64,000 bases of DNA. It comes from Mustelus asterias. Taxonomy: Eukaryota. This document shows, one piece after another, positions 13,571 to 24,806 of this stretch. A program made the translations under genes and the position numbers. Within the stretch, counting starts at the first letter, position 1. Each line of letters starts with the position of its first letter. The notes below the pieces were generated by a model. The model ran no database searches. It was not told the DNA's origin and saw only the letters and a list, made by a program, of their open reading frames with translations. The stretch covers positions 82,026,001 to 82,090,000 of the forward strand of contig NC_135806.1 in assembly GCF_964213995.1 (NCBI RefSeq), given 5' to 3'.

Positions 13571-13619
13571 GATCGGAAATGGGGAGCCACCATGAAGAGG
13601 AGGACATTAGGAAGGTTGG

Positions 13620-13980
13620 TACAGACTGTTAAACCATGTCCCACACCAGTACAATCAATTCCACCATGGCCATAACTCCAAGTAGATATATTTGGAGAAT
13701 TGAAAGCAGCCCCAAGGAATTAATGAATTTTTTTGCTTTTTGTTCATTATCTACAAAGCAAATGGCTGAAAATAGCTACAACAAATTCCATAACCACCAC
13801 TTAGGTCATTGACATTCTAGATGAGTTGTTTACAAAATGGGATTTGCTGGAGAGCAGCACTACAGACAATGAACTGCAGTTTACTTCCAGTCAGTTCCCG
13901 GAGTTCCGAGCAAACTATGGAATTCATCACCATTTGACATTGTTATACAACTCGCAGTCAAACGGTGGAGTGAAACAGCC
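13620..13980 (+). pseudogene. Ty3/Gypsy integrase core relic
   Basis: LQVDIFGE; ELFTKWDLLESSTTDNELQFTSSQF..YGIHH..YNSQSNGGVK (degenerate rve core). Confidence 0.7.
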
Positions 13981-14413
13981 AATTCCACCAACTTGTCTAT
14001 GTCCTCCTGAATCTCTGCACTTTCCACCTTACAGTTCACAATGCTTTCTATGATTCACAAGTTTTGAAAGTGCCCAGTAGTTTGAGGTCCAGGTCATTAA
14101 TATATATTAGGAAGAGCAATGGTCGGCTGGAAGTATCTATCTTTATTGAATTTATTGAAAAGAGCTCTTCTGCTATGAAAGGGAGACTGCCCTCCAGCAG
14201 CTGTTATGTTGCATTTGCAAAGGAAACAAGCTGCTTTATGGAGACACAGGTATTTTTTATTCATCCATAGGATTTGGGTGTCACTGATTGGGCTAGTGTT
14301 ATTGTCCATCATGACTGCTCTTGAGAATGTGGGGATGAGCTGCCTTTTTGAACCAAGTAAGGAGTCTAACAACACCAGGTTAAAGTCCAACAGGTTTATT
14401 TGGTAGCAAACGC

Positions 14414-14448
14414 CACTAGTTTTCGGAGTGCTGCTCCTTCATCAGGTG
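14414..14448 (-). ncRNA. Minimal hammerhead ribozyme motif in Penelope pLTR
   Basis: cac-CTGATGA-a-ggagc(agc)actcc-GAAA-ac-T-A-gtg; one stem II mismatch. Confidence 0.7.
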
Positions 14449-14663
14449 AGTGGTAGTTCTGTTCACAAACAGGGCATATAAAGACACAAACTCAATTTAC
14501 AGAATAATGAATAATGATTGGAATGCAAGTCTTTACAGCTAATCAATTCTTAAAGGTACAGACAATGTGAGTGGAGAGAGCATTAGCACAGGTTAAAGAG
14601 ATGTGTATTGTCTCCAGACAGGACAGCCAGTGAGACTTTGCAAGTCCAGGCAAGTTGTGGGAG

Positions 14664-15190
14664 TTACAGATAGTGTGACATGAACCCAAGATCCTGGTTG
14701 AGGCAATCCTCATGTGTGCGGAACCTGGCTATCAGTCTCTGCTCAGCGACTCTGCGCTGTCGTGTGTTGTGAAGGCCGCCTTGGAGAATGCTTACCCGAA
14801 TATCAGAGGCCGAATGCCCGTGACCACTGAAGTGCTCCCCAACAGGAAGAGAACAGTCTTGCCTGGTGATTGTCGAGCAGTGTTCATTCATCCGTTGTCG
14901 TAGCGCCTGCATGGTTTCCCCAATGTACCATGCCTCGGGACATCCTTTCCTGCAGCGTATCAGGTAGACAACGTTGGCCGAGTTGCAAGAGTAGGTACTG
15001 TGTACCTGATGGATGGTGTTCTCACGTGAGATGATGGCATCCGTGTCGATGATCCGGCACGTCTTGCAGCGGTTGCTGTGGCAGGGTTGTGTGGTGTCGT
15101 GGTCACTATTCTCCTGAAGGCTGGGTAGTTTGCTGCGGACAATGGTCTGTTTGAGGTTGTGCGGTTGTTTGAAGGCAAGAAGTGGAGGTG
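14664..15190 (-). pseudogene. Penelope ORF C-terminus: Cys-rich linker and GIY-YIG endonuclease
   Basis: PLLAFKQPHNLKQTIVRS, PCHSNRCKTC, NVVYLIRC..WYIGET..LRQRMNEH, PVGEHF, RRVAEQRLI..CLN. Confidence 0.9.
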
Positions 15191-15783
15191 TTTTTGAACC
15201 AATACAGTCCATGTGATGCAGGTAGACCCACAGTGCTGTTAGAGCTCTCAGAGTCACTGGCCAAGATAAGCCCAAATTGAAACCAAAGAGAAGCCATGAT
15301 ATTAGATTTAAACTAACAGTGAGAGAGACTGCTATCCTTCTCTAAAACCTCTCGCATCAAAGCTGAGCTGTTCATGATTTGAAGACTCACCAGAAGATCT
15401 CATTGCTGCAAACTGAGAGTTCTTAAAGGAGGATTCCAAATCAACATACTGGACTGAATTTTATGGCCCCATCAAGGCTGGGACAGGGCCAGAAAATGTG
15501 GAGAGCTGTTTAAAAGTCCATTGACTTTGGCTGAGACTGGAAGATCCTACTGGTGGGAGTGACAGTAACATTCCACCCGCTGTCTCCAAGAGAGAAGAGA
15601 ATCAACCAGCCACAACTGCCCCAGTGATAAAGTTATGTCCCAGTAACTATTACAGAAAGTGATCCTTCAACTGTGAGCAAGCATCAGGATAAACCATTAA
15701 TAATATTTTTCTGATTTTACTTGTTATTTGGCCAAGTTTGAAGATCTGATGCTCTCTGCCGTTTAATTTATTTTTTGCATATT

Positions 15784-15899
15784 TGTGTGTGCGTGTGGCG
15801 GGGAGGGGGGGCAGGTGTGTGTGTGTGCGTGTGGTGGGGAGGGGGGGCAGGTATGTGTGTGTGCATGTGGTGGGGAGGGGGACAGGTGCGTGTGTGTGT
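15784..15899 (+). repeat. About 3 copies of a ~37-bp GT/G-rich minisatellite
   Basis: gtgtgtgcgtgtggtggggagggggggcagg repeated. Confidence 0.85.
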
Positions 15900-15980
15900 C
15901 TGCATCTTTACCTCATGAGTTCCAGCAGTAAATGTAATTCTTTAATTGTAAACTTAAGGAACCTGGCTGGCTTATTTCTT

Positions 15981-16212
15981 AGTAAGAAGTTTAACAACAC
16001 CAGGTTAAAGTCCAACAGGTTTATTTGGCAGCAAAAGCCACACAAGCTTTCGGAGCTCTAAGCCCCTTCTTCAGGACTCACCTGAAGAAGGGGCTTAGAG
16101 CTCCGAAAGCTTGTGTGGCTTTTGCTACCAAATAAACCTGTTGGACTTTAACCTGGTGTTGTTAAACCTCTTACTGTGTTTACCCCAGTCCAACGCCGGC
16201 ATCTCCACATCA
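15981..16212 (+). mobile_element. Penelope mini-insertion: inverted pLTR pair plus 37-nt tail
   Basis: 95-bp arms 15981-16075 and 16081-16175 (2 mismatches), loop actca; 13-bp TSD tggcttatttctt (15968-15980, 16213-16225). Confidence 0.92.
16078..16115 (+). ncRNA. Minimal hammerhead ribozyme motif
   Basis: cac-CTGAAGA-a-ggggc(ttaga)gctcc-GAAA-gc-T-T-gtg. Confidence 0.72.
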
Positions 16213-16735
16213 TGGCTTATTTCTTACACAGGGCTATACATAAAAAAGTGAATTGGCAATGTCACTTTTTTTAAAATTCAAACTCTGATATAACCAACCC
16301 AGGAGAGGGGCAAAGAGAGGAGTGAGTTCAGCTCTTCTAACCTGGCTGTTACAGATATTTGGACACTTTCATCTGAAATTTGAACCCATAGATGAACAAG
16401 ATTAATTGGAAGTGGGAACAAAATTAATCCCTAGACATAACTTAAAACACAAGTGCAGTTTTCTTTTGTACCAGAATGATCCAATGCTAACCAAAATATC
16501 CATTTACAAAGCTAGTGTGTTTTTTAAAAAGAGTAAAATAACTTGCCATTGAGGCATTGAACACTGACGAGTTATAAAGTGTGACTCGGCAGTTGGAGGT
16601 AGAATTTTCACCAAAAACCAGGAAACAAATTCAAAAACTGGCGGTCAGCAATCTTGAACTTAAATTGCAGTAACTAGAAACAAAATACAGTTGGAACATA
16701 AAAGGATAAAGCGAGCATTGGAGGAGAGAGAAATA

Positions 16736-16910
16736 GAACACTGTGCAGTCGTCTGAAAATACGCCCACTTCTGACTGTATGATGGAGGGAAGGTCAATAA
16801 TGAAGGAGCTGAAGATGGTTGGGCCTAATCCACTACCCTGAGGAAACTTTGCAGTGATGTCCTGGAGCTGAGATGATTGATCTCTAATCACCATAACCAT
16901 CTTTCTTTAA
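16736..16910 (-). mobile_element. CR1/L2-type RT fragment
   Basis: PQGSGLGPTIFSSFIIDLPSII..GVFSDDCTV. Confidence 0.75.
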
Positions 16911-17572
16911 GCCAGGATGTGGGCCCTTAGATTAGAGACCATCTGTGAAAGCCTCAAAGTCTGCTTGAAGAATTTAAAAACTCACTCCCTATCTCAATAC
17001 ATTTGGAGAACCAAAAGGTTTCAAAAGTTAGATAAGCATCCAAGGCGGCTATTGATTACGATTATGAGCTTGTCTACAAGTCCTTATGCAGAGGGAAAGG
17101 TTTTTCTGTCACCCTCCCCCCCGCCCCCCCCCCCCCCCCCCCACCCCACCCAATGAGTCTCAAAAAATTAGAAGTTGGAAAGGGGAAAGAGGGACGAACA
17201 GCCAGGGTGAGAAGGGACAGCTGGGAAAATCAGGGATTCCCCCTCCTTGAGTCAGAAAAGAAGGTTCTGAGAGAAGGAACAATGCCCGGAAGCCAGTGTG
17301 TTCCCATTATAACAAGATAGTGTGCCTTTACACTAATTGCTGGAGGTTACAGGGAATGCCCACAAGATATGTTGAGTAGACCAGGTCAATTCAGGAGGAG
17401 TGGCCCTTATGAGAGCACAGCAAACAAAGCCATGGCTCTGGCCTTGGCAGGAAGTCTCAGTAAAAACACCACTGTGGTTAAAGGTAAAGTGAATAGTGGG
17501 TGGCTGGGATTTCTCATTGAAAGGAAAAGTGACTCCCTACTTCTCAAGTGAGGCTAGTAAATGCATAATCAT

Positions 17573-18085
17573 GATGGTAATGGTGTCGAGACTAGCGCGT
17601 GATTTGGATTAAAGTGAGGGAGAGTTGCGCAGCGTCAGCCTCACTCTCTCTTCCCAATTCCCATTTGGATCCAGTGGCAAGATAGAGTCGAGACGGCTGG
17701 AGATGGGACTAGGCGCAGTGGGTGACCAGGATGTCTACTGTGTCTTGTCCTGCTCTTCGCGTTCCATGACGCTTGCAGAGACCGCCTTCTTGACCATTGG
17801 ACCTTCCAATGGTCTCATCCGCTCGATCCGCCGGAGTCTGTCTTCATATGCTGGGATAGACATCTCCCAATCTCACCGAGGGTTGAACCCCATCGGCTAC
17901 CATCACCTGGTTTAGCCGGCTTGTCGAAGCCGTTGCCCGGGGTGTGGCCGCTGTCGCATGCAAACAGCCAAGGGGAGTCAGAGGTGAGAGCTGAGTGCTA
18001 GGTGGGGACCAAAGGTGGACAAACCGCCCTAAAAAGGACGCGACAAAAAGGAACCACCAGAGGTACTACCCCTCCCTGACCCCAG
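17573..18085 (-). mobile_element. Non-autonomous, non-coding RTE-derived element (5' UTR joined to 3' tail)
   Basis: 8-bp TSD ataatcat (17565-17572, 18086-18093) interrupting the Gmr1-like protease region; CpG-rich; short cat-type repeat end; recalled similarity to RTE termini. Confidence 0.7.
17903..18072 (-). ncRNA. Candidate HDV-like self-cleaving ribozyme
   Basis: Minus-strand order P1(ggggtagt)..P2(tcacct)-P3(gac)-L3(tcc..)-P3'(gcc)-P1'(acacccc)-GGGCAA-P4(cggctt/aagccg)-GCTAA-P2'(accaggtga). Confidence 0.55.
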
Positions 18086-19059
18086 ATAATCATTCTTAGG
18101 GATATAGAGGCCACTAAAATCTTGTGCTGGGAAAGGCATGATCATTCCACCAGAGAGTGCATTGAATGCCAAGGTTTTCATGAACAATATTAGGGGAGAG
18201 TATACAGCCATATCTTTATATTGGGTGCACCTGGAGTGTCACTTAATGTCTAGACTATCTGGTAACTATGTGGATTGACCATAGTTTACCTCTGGATGGG
18301 GCCAACTTCCTCCTGGGAAATGACTTGGCAGGGGCAAAGGCAATGGTTTCCCCAGTTGTCTCAAAGAGATCAAGTAAGGTCAAGGAGACAGAGCAGTTAC
18401 AGGAAATGATTCCCAGTCGATGGCCAAATAAGATCCACCTTTGAATACTAACTTGGCAAACCAGATGGATGATTGTGCCATTGGGCTATCCAAAACATTT
18501 TTGGAGATTTGGATGATCTGAAGGAAGTGATAAACAGATGGTCGAGGCTCAGCAATCTCACCTGGAATGAAAATAACGAGCACAAATGGTCCAAACCGAA
18601 GATGAAACTAAGGGAATAGAGTGTTACTCCTTACAAAATGATATGTTGATGAAAAAGTGGAGATTCCCCTCACAAACCGCGCAGGCGATGGGCGTATAGT
18701 GGTCCACAAGATAGTGGCTTTACCCAGGTACCAGGTGTTGGTAGTTTGTGGGGGACTCGTACAAATTACAAAACGGGGTCACCAGTACATCCTCAATCTT
18801 ATGGATGTAGTCACCTGGTTCTCAGAGGTCAGTCCATGACAACCATTTCTGCCAAGGTAGTGGTGGAGAAGATATCCCTGTCCTTAATCTAATATGGATT
18901 AGATCAGGTTAGACCAGGGCACCAATTTTATGTTCAAAATTTTCCAGAAAGCCATGAGTAACCTGAGTATCATCCAGCTAAAGTTCTCAGCTTACCACCC
19001 ACAGTCACAAGGGGCTTTAGAAGCATCAGATACCATTGATGGTGGCATGGTACAACAGT

Positions 19060-19404
19060 GGGGCGGCACGGTAGCACAGTGGTTAGCACTGCTGCTTCAC
19101 AGCTCCAGGGTCCCGGGTTCGATTCCCGGCTCGGGTCACTGTCTGTGTGGAGTTTGCACATTCTCCTCGTGTCTGCGTGGGTTTCCTCCGGGTGCTCCGG
19201 TTTCCTCCCACAGTCCAAAGATGTGCGGGTTAGGTTGATTGGCCAGGTTAAAAAATTGCCCCTTAGAGTCCTGGGATGTGTAGGTTAGAGGGATTAGCGG
19301 GTAAAATATGTGGGGGTAGGGCCTGGGTGGGATTGTGGTCGGTGCAGACTCGATGGGCCAAATGGCCTCCTTCTGCATTGTAGGATTTCTATGATTTCTA
19401 TGAT
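19060..19404 (+). mobile_element. Young full-length HE1-like V-SINE, tail type A
   Basis: gggcggcacggtagcacagtggttagcac..ggttcgattcc..gggccaaatggcctccttctgc..(tttctatga)n. Confidence 0.93.
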
Positions 19405-19787
19405 TGGACCCTCAGGATGATGATCAGGGCACACTGCCTGAATATCTGCATCATTGGGACAAAGGCTGGGATTTCTCCTGTTTACCATCCACGATTCACC
19501 TAATGACTCCACCAACTTTTGTATCTTTCAATAAGTTTATGGACACAAGGTTAGAGACAGAATTTCGACCGAATGCTAGCAAACAAAAAATCCCAAAACT
19601 AGCAGCAGGCCAGCCAGGGCTTGCTGGCTTTTCACTTAGTGCCGTGGCATTCTTTAACATCAACCAGAGAAAGTGAACTCTGGCCTAACAGCCTTCATAA
19701 ATGACAGCATGTCTGCTAATGCAGGACTCCTTCAGCATTGCACTCAGAGCCAGATTCAGAAATTGTGGGGCACTTTGGGTCTATCTG

Positions 19788-20597
19788 TAAGAACATAAGA
19801 ACTAGGATCAGGAGTAGGCCATCTGGCCCCTCGAGCCTGCTCCACCATTCAATAAGATCATTGCTGATCTTTTCGTGGACTCAGCTCCACTTACCCGCCC
19901 ACTCACCATAATCCTTAATTCCTTTACTGTTCAAAAATCTATCTATCCTTGCCTTAAAAACATTCAATGAGATAGCCTCAACTACTTCACCGGGCAGGGA
20001 ATTCCACAGATTCACAACCCTTTGTGTGAAGAAGTTCCTCCTCAACTCAGTCCTAGATCTGCTTCCCCTTATTTTGAGGCCATGCCCCCTCATTCTAGTT
20101 TCACCCACCAGTGGAAACAACTTCCCTGCTTCTATCTTATCTATTCCCTTCATAATCTTATATGTTTCTATAAGATCTCCCCTCATTCTTCTAAATTCTA
20201 ATGAATATAACTCCAGTCTACTCAGTCTCTCCTCATAAGCCAACCCTCTCAACTCCGGGATCAACCTAGTGAATCTCCTCTGCACCCCCTCCAGTGCCAG
20301 TATATCCTTTCTCAAGTAAGGAGACCAAAACTGTACACAGTACTCCAGGTGTGGCCTCACCAGCACCTTATACAGCTGCAATATGACCTCACTGTCTTTA
20401 AGCTCCATCCCTCTCGCAATGAAGGGCAAAATTCCATTTGCCTTCTTTATTACCTGCTGCACCTGCAAACCAACTCCTTGTGATTCCTGCAGAAGGACAC
20501 CCAGGTCCCTCTGTACAGCAGCATGGTGCAATTTTTTAACATTTAAATAATAGTCCATTTTGCTGTTATTCCTACCAAAATGGATGACCTCACATTC
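19788..20597 (-). mobile_element. Young 5'-truncated CR1 LINE
   Basis: Open 225-aa ORF2 C-terminus (19881-20558) and tail. Confidence 0.93.
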
Positions 20598-20624
20598 ACA
20601 TGTACCTCCTGCCCTTCCCCTCCA

Positions 20625-20920
20625 TCACAACACATATTCAAACACACACACATTCACACACACACACACACACACGTGCATGCATGCACACATGCATGTA
20701 TGCACACACACAAACGTGTATACACACTCGCACACACACATTCACTCACACGCACATACGAGAACACACACTCAAACACACAAACATGCACACATGCATG
20801 TGCACACACACACACCCACATATGAACACACGCACTCAAACACAGAGACACAAACATGCACTCATAAACATGCACACATACACATGCACGCATGCGCACA
20901 CGCACGAACACGCACACACC
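20625..20920 (+). repeat. Degenerate (CA)n microsatellite
   Basis: Long CA/TG alternation. Confidence 0.95.
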
Positions 20921-21835
20921 TTATCTACATCCCATTAAAACAACACTTGAAGATAGACTTGTAGATTACTATTAATCACATCTCAATATATTATGCTTAA
21001 ATAAAATTGTCTCCTGACAAGGGCCCCATGTTTGGTTGATACCCTTAGGCACAGGCCCATGATAATCTGTCCCTGACTGCAGGGAAGGTTCAATTTAGGT
21101 AATTAGTTTAAACTCTTCGTAAAGGCCACAAATCCACAACCTTCTGACTCAGAGACAAGAACGTCACCAATTCAGCCGAGCTGACACACAGTGACAGTTG
21201 ATATGTAAATTATGCTCTCAATCGCTGACAGATGAAGGTATTGCATTTCAGCAGACAGCAGCAAAGTGATTTCTCTTTAATATTGAATAAATGACTCAAG
21301 GCAATATGATATGCAGTATACTTTACTGACCATCACAGTCTTCAGTACATGTTAAATATAGAATCACTGTATTAATGGCAAAAATTGTATTCAGCTTTTA
21401 AACAAGGGCTGTTTAAATGGACCCCTCTCTGTGAGATAAGAAATTATACATTAACCTTCTGTTCAGATTAAAAAGTTTTCTATCACAGCTTTATATAATA
21501 TATGTTTCTTTAGGCCACGTACTCTGTAGTTGTTTTATACACAGGTTGAACAAAGTGCTTTTGTCACCTTAACACAAGATTGTTTTCCTCTCACGAGATT
21601 CAATAATTTGGTCTTTGTGGTACTGTCCAGCCATAGTGATAATTTCTATCTATCTGTAATCTCAAATCAGTTTTTCAATGTTTCTGTTTTGGTGGAATTG
21701 TCCCTCCTGGGGATGATGTAATTGGATCAGCTGCCTCGACCATGGAATGCTAGTTAGTGATTTTATTGAACTCTGAAAGAAGTGAATAAGCTATTACCAC
21801 AATCAACCTCATTGGGTAAAATTTTATCTATTTTA

Positions 21836-22165
21836 GTCATAGAGTCATAGAATCCTACAGTACAGAAGGAGGCCATTTGGCCCATCGAGTCTGCACCAAC
21901 AACAATCCCATCCAGGCCCTATCCCTGGAATCCCACAACTTTACCCTGCTAATCTCCTGGACACTAAGAATCAATTTAGCATGGCCAGTCAACCCAACCC
22001 ACACATCTTTGGACTGTGGGAGGAAACCAGAGCACCCGGAGGAAACCCACACAGACATGGGGAGAATGTACAAACTCCACGCAGACAGTCACCCAAGGCT
22101 GGAATTGAACCCAGGTCCCTGGTGCTGTGACAGCAATGCTAACCACTGTGCCACCGTGTTGCCCC
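21836..22165 (-). mobile_element. HE1-like V-SINE, tail type A
   Basis: Head, core and CR1-type tail on the minus strand. Confidence 0.9.
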
Positions 22166-22518
22166 ATTGTCTGGCCTACATGACTATTCTTCAGATGTTA
22201 GCTCAGATAGTGAAAGTCTGCAGCTTATTTGACCATCACCTCCAAAGCTAATCCCATTTGTAAATGATATCCATACGTAGGTACTTCCCAGCAATTATTG
22301 GGTACGAGCCAATTGGAATCCTGGCTAATTCTTTTCTACTTTCCAGACTAATGGTGTCAACACAAATATACAGCAAGAATTTTACTGAGACATTTCTTTC
22401 TGGAGATTCCTAAGTTATTATAACTAAGGGAATTTAGCTGTCGAGAAGTTAATCAAACAAATTCTGGTTTCAAGTTTTTAAAAATGTAGCCTGTGGCATA
22501 GATGTTTGAATTAGGCAT

Positions 22519-22612
22519 AGTAAGAAGTCTCACAACACCAGGTTAAAGTCCAATGGTGTTGTGAGACTTCTTACTGTGCTTACCCCAGTCCAACGCCGGC
22601 ATCTCCACATCA
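22519..22612 (+). mobile_element. Very short Penelope inverted-pLTR insertion
   Basis: Perfect 22-bp arms 22519-22540 and 22554-22575, same 37-nt tail, 12-bp TSD tgaattaggcat (22507-22518, 22613-22624). Confidence 0.9.
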
Positions 22613-22830
22613 TGAATTAGGCATGGCCAGGGGAGGAGTGGTCACATGTATCCCCTCTCTCTCTCTCCACTTCCCAGTTGACCATAACTGGTGTTTTTAA
22701 AAGAGATTGCTCACCAATTCAGTGAGTGTTTAGCTGTTTATGTGCTATGGCTGCAAAAGAGACACACGGTGAGGTATTTTCCTAAGTTTAAAACAAAAAG
22801 GAAATAGTATTTATTGTACTTAACTCCCTA

Positions 22831-23672
22831 TCTGGCAGATGGTCTGGCAGATGGAGTACAATGTTGGTAAATGTGAGGTCATCCATTTTGGTAGGAATAG
22901 CAGCAAAACGGACTATTATTTAAATGGTAAAACATTGCAGCATGCTGCTGTGCAGAGGGACCTAGGTGTCTTTGTGCAGGAATCTCAAGGAGTTGGTTTG
23001 CAGGTGCGGCAGGTAATTAAGAAGGCAAATGGAATTTTGTCCTTCATTGCTAGAGGGATGGAGTTTAAAAACAGCGAGATTATGTTGCAGCTGTATAAGG
23101 TGCTGGTGAGGCCACACCTGGAGTACTGTGTACAGTTTTGGTCTCCTTACTTGAGAAAGGATGTACTGGCACTGGACGAGGTGCAGAGGAGATTCACTAA
23201 GTTGATTGCGGAGTTGAGATGGTTGGCTTATGAGGAGAGACTGAGTAGACTAGGGCTATACTCATTGGAATTCAGAAGAATGAGGGGAGATCTTATAGAA
23301 ACATATAAGATTATAAAGGGATTAGATAAGATAGAAGCCGGGAAGTTGTTTCCACTGGCGGGTGAAGCTAGAATTAGGAGGCATAGCCTCAAAATAAGGG
23401 GCAGCAGATTTAGGACTGAGTTGAGGAGGAACTTCTTCACACAAAGGGTTGTGAATCTGTGGAATTCCCTGCCCAGTGAAGCAGTTGAGGCTACCTCATT
23501 GAATGTTTTTAAAGCAAAGATAGATACATTTTTGAACAGTAAAGGAATTAAGGGTGAGCGGGCGGGTAAGTGGAGCTGAGTCCACAAAAAGATCAGCAAT
23601 GATTTTATTGAATGGCGGGGCAGGCTCGAGGGGCCAGATGGCCTACTCCTGCTCCTAGTTCTTATGTTCTTA
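22831..23672 (+). mobile_element. Young 5'-truncated CR1 LINE (same subfamily as 19788-20597 and 47730-48710)
   Basis: Open 246-aa ORF2 C-terminus (22839-23579) and tail. Confidence 0.93.
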
Positions 23673-24806
23673 TCCATAGAAAATAAAAAGTACGCTCGAA
23701 ATCTCATTCATGCGTACATTCAAGAGGCACACACACACACAGACACACAGATACACACTTTCTCTTTCTCTCATCTCACACATGTACATGTATAAGTTAC
23801 AACTAGGGAAGGAAGGTTAAATTGCTTAAGAAAGTCAATCATATATAGATCCTATAGATTGATGGCTTGAACAGTTTCAGGCTTGGATGGTTTCAGGCTG
23901 AGTTTGGTGATCTTTCAGGATCCTGCATCGAGACAATTTAAAATATTGATGGACAATCTCTGTCTTTTCCTCTGGAGTCAGCAGCTGTTTGGTTTATGTA
24001 GAGACATTGCCTGCAGCGTTTAGCTGGTCAGAATAATGGTAGAGCACATGCTTTCAGAATGTCTGGAGAGAGAGAAAAGGACCATGAATCTTCTCCTTGT
24101 AGTTACCCACACATGGTCTTTCTACACTCTGACCCTGGAAATCAGCAGCTTGTTACAAAGGGCTACAATACTGTCACATGACCTTCCTTCACAAACTGGT
24201 CAGTTAAAAACATGGTCATAATAAGCTCCTTTCGGGTCTATTGTTTAAAGTTATTGGATTAAAATGATTGGTGGGGCCTTCTGCTTATTTTTCAAAGTGA
24301 TTGAGCTTAATGACTTGGCCTTCATCCATCTGAATAATTAGATAATGTCTAAATATCTGAGTAGTTCAGGGGGTGGCAATTCACACTCATTTAAGCTTAT
24401 TGTCTTTGGTTAGCGAAGGTTTACCAGGCTGATTCCGGGGATGGCGGGACTGATGTATGAGGAGAGGTTGACTAGGTTAGGATTGTTTTTGCTGGAGTTC
24501 AGACGAATGAGGGGGAATCTCATAGAAATATATAAAATTCTAACTGCTTTAGACAGGGTAGATGTGGGGAAGATGTTCCCGATGATGGGGGAGTCCAGAA
24601 CCAGGGGTCACAATCTGAGGATTCAGGGTAGACCACTTAGGACGGAGGTGAGGCGATATTTCTTCACCCAAAGAGTAGTGAGCCTGTGGAATTCATTACC
24701 ACAGGAAGTAGTTGATGCCAAAACATTGAATGCATTCAAGAGGCAGCTGGATATAGCACTTGGGGCAAATGGGATCAAAGGTTATGGGGAAAAAGCAGGA
24801 TTAGGC

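Larger units (their letters stand above)
14357..15190 (-). mobile_element. 5'-truncated Penelope-like element (GIY-YIG endonuclease end + 3' pLTR)
   Basis: 12-bp TSD tttttgaaccaa (14345-14356, 15191-15202); ORF end plus pLTR; inserted in a tRNA-derived SINE. Confidence 0.92.
16940..19490 (+). mobile_element. Decayed Gmr1-like Gypsy internal region (gag-protease-integrase order)
   Basis: LLEEFKNSLP..ENQKV; IIILRDIEA (protease remnant); FLLGNDLAGAK; CYSLQNDMLMKKWR; HQYILNLMDVVTWFSE; DQGTNFM..SAYHPQSQGALE; no RT before integrase. Confidence 0.75.

Noticed and set aside
14664-15275. 203-aa ORF as an intact endonuclease gene
   Set aside because: The N-terminal part lies outside the TSD; the ORF is a fusion of flank with a truncated Penelope ORF
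19060-19135. tRNA genes at SINE heads
   Set aside because: A/B boxes run into the SINE core and tail; many diverged copies; no complete cloverleaf evident
20560-20964. His/Thr-rich ORFs
   Set aside because: Translation artefacts of a CA microsatellite
22839-23579. Long CR1 ORFs (also 7244, 19881, 47709) as host genes
   Set aside because: All are 5'-truncated ORF2 C-termini lacking the endonuclease and most of the RT
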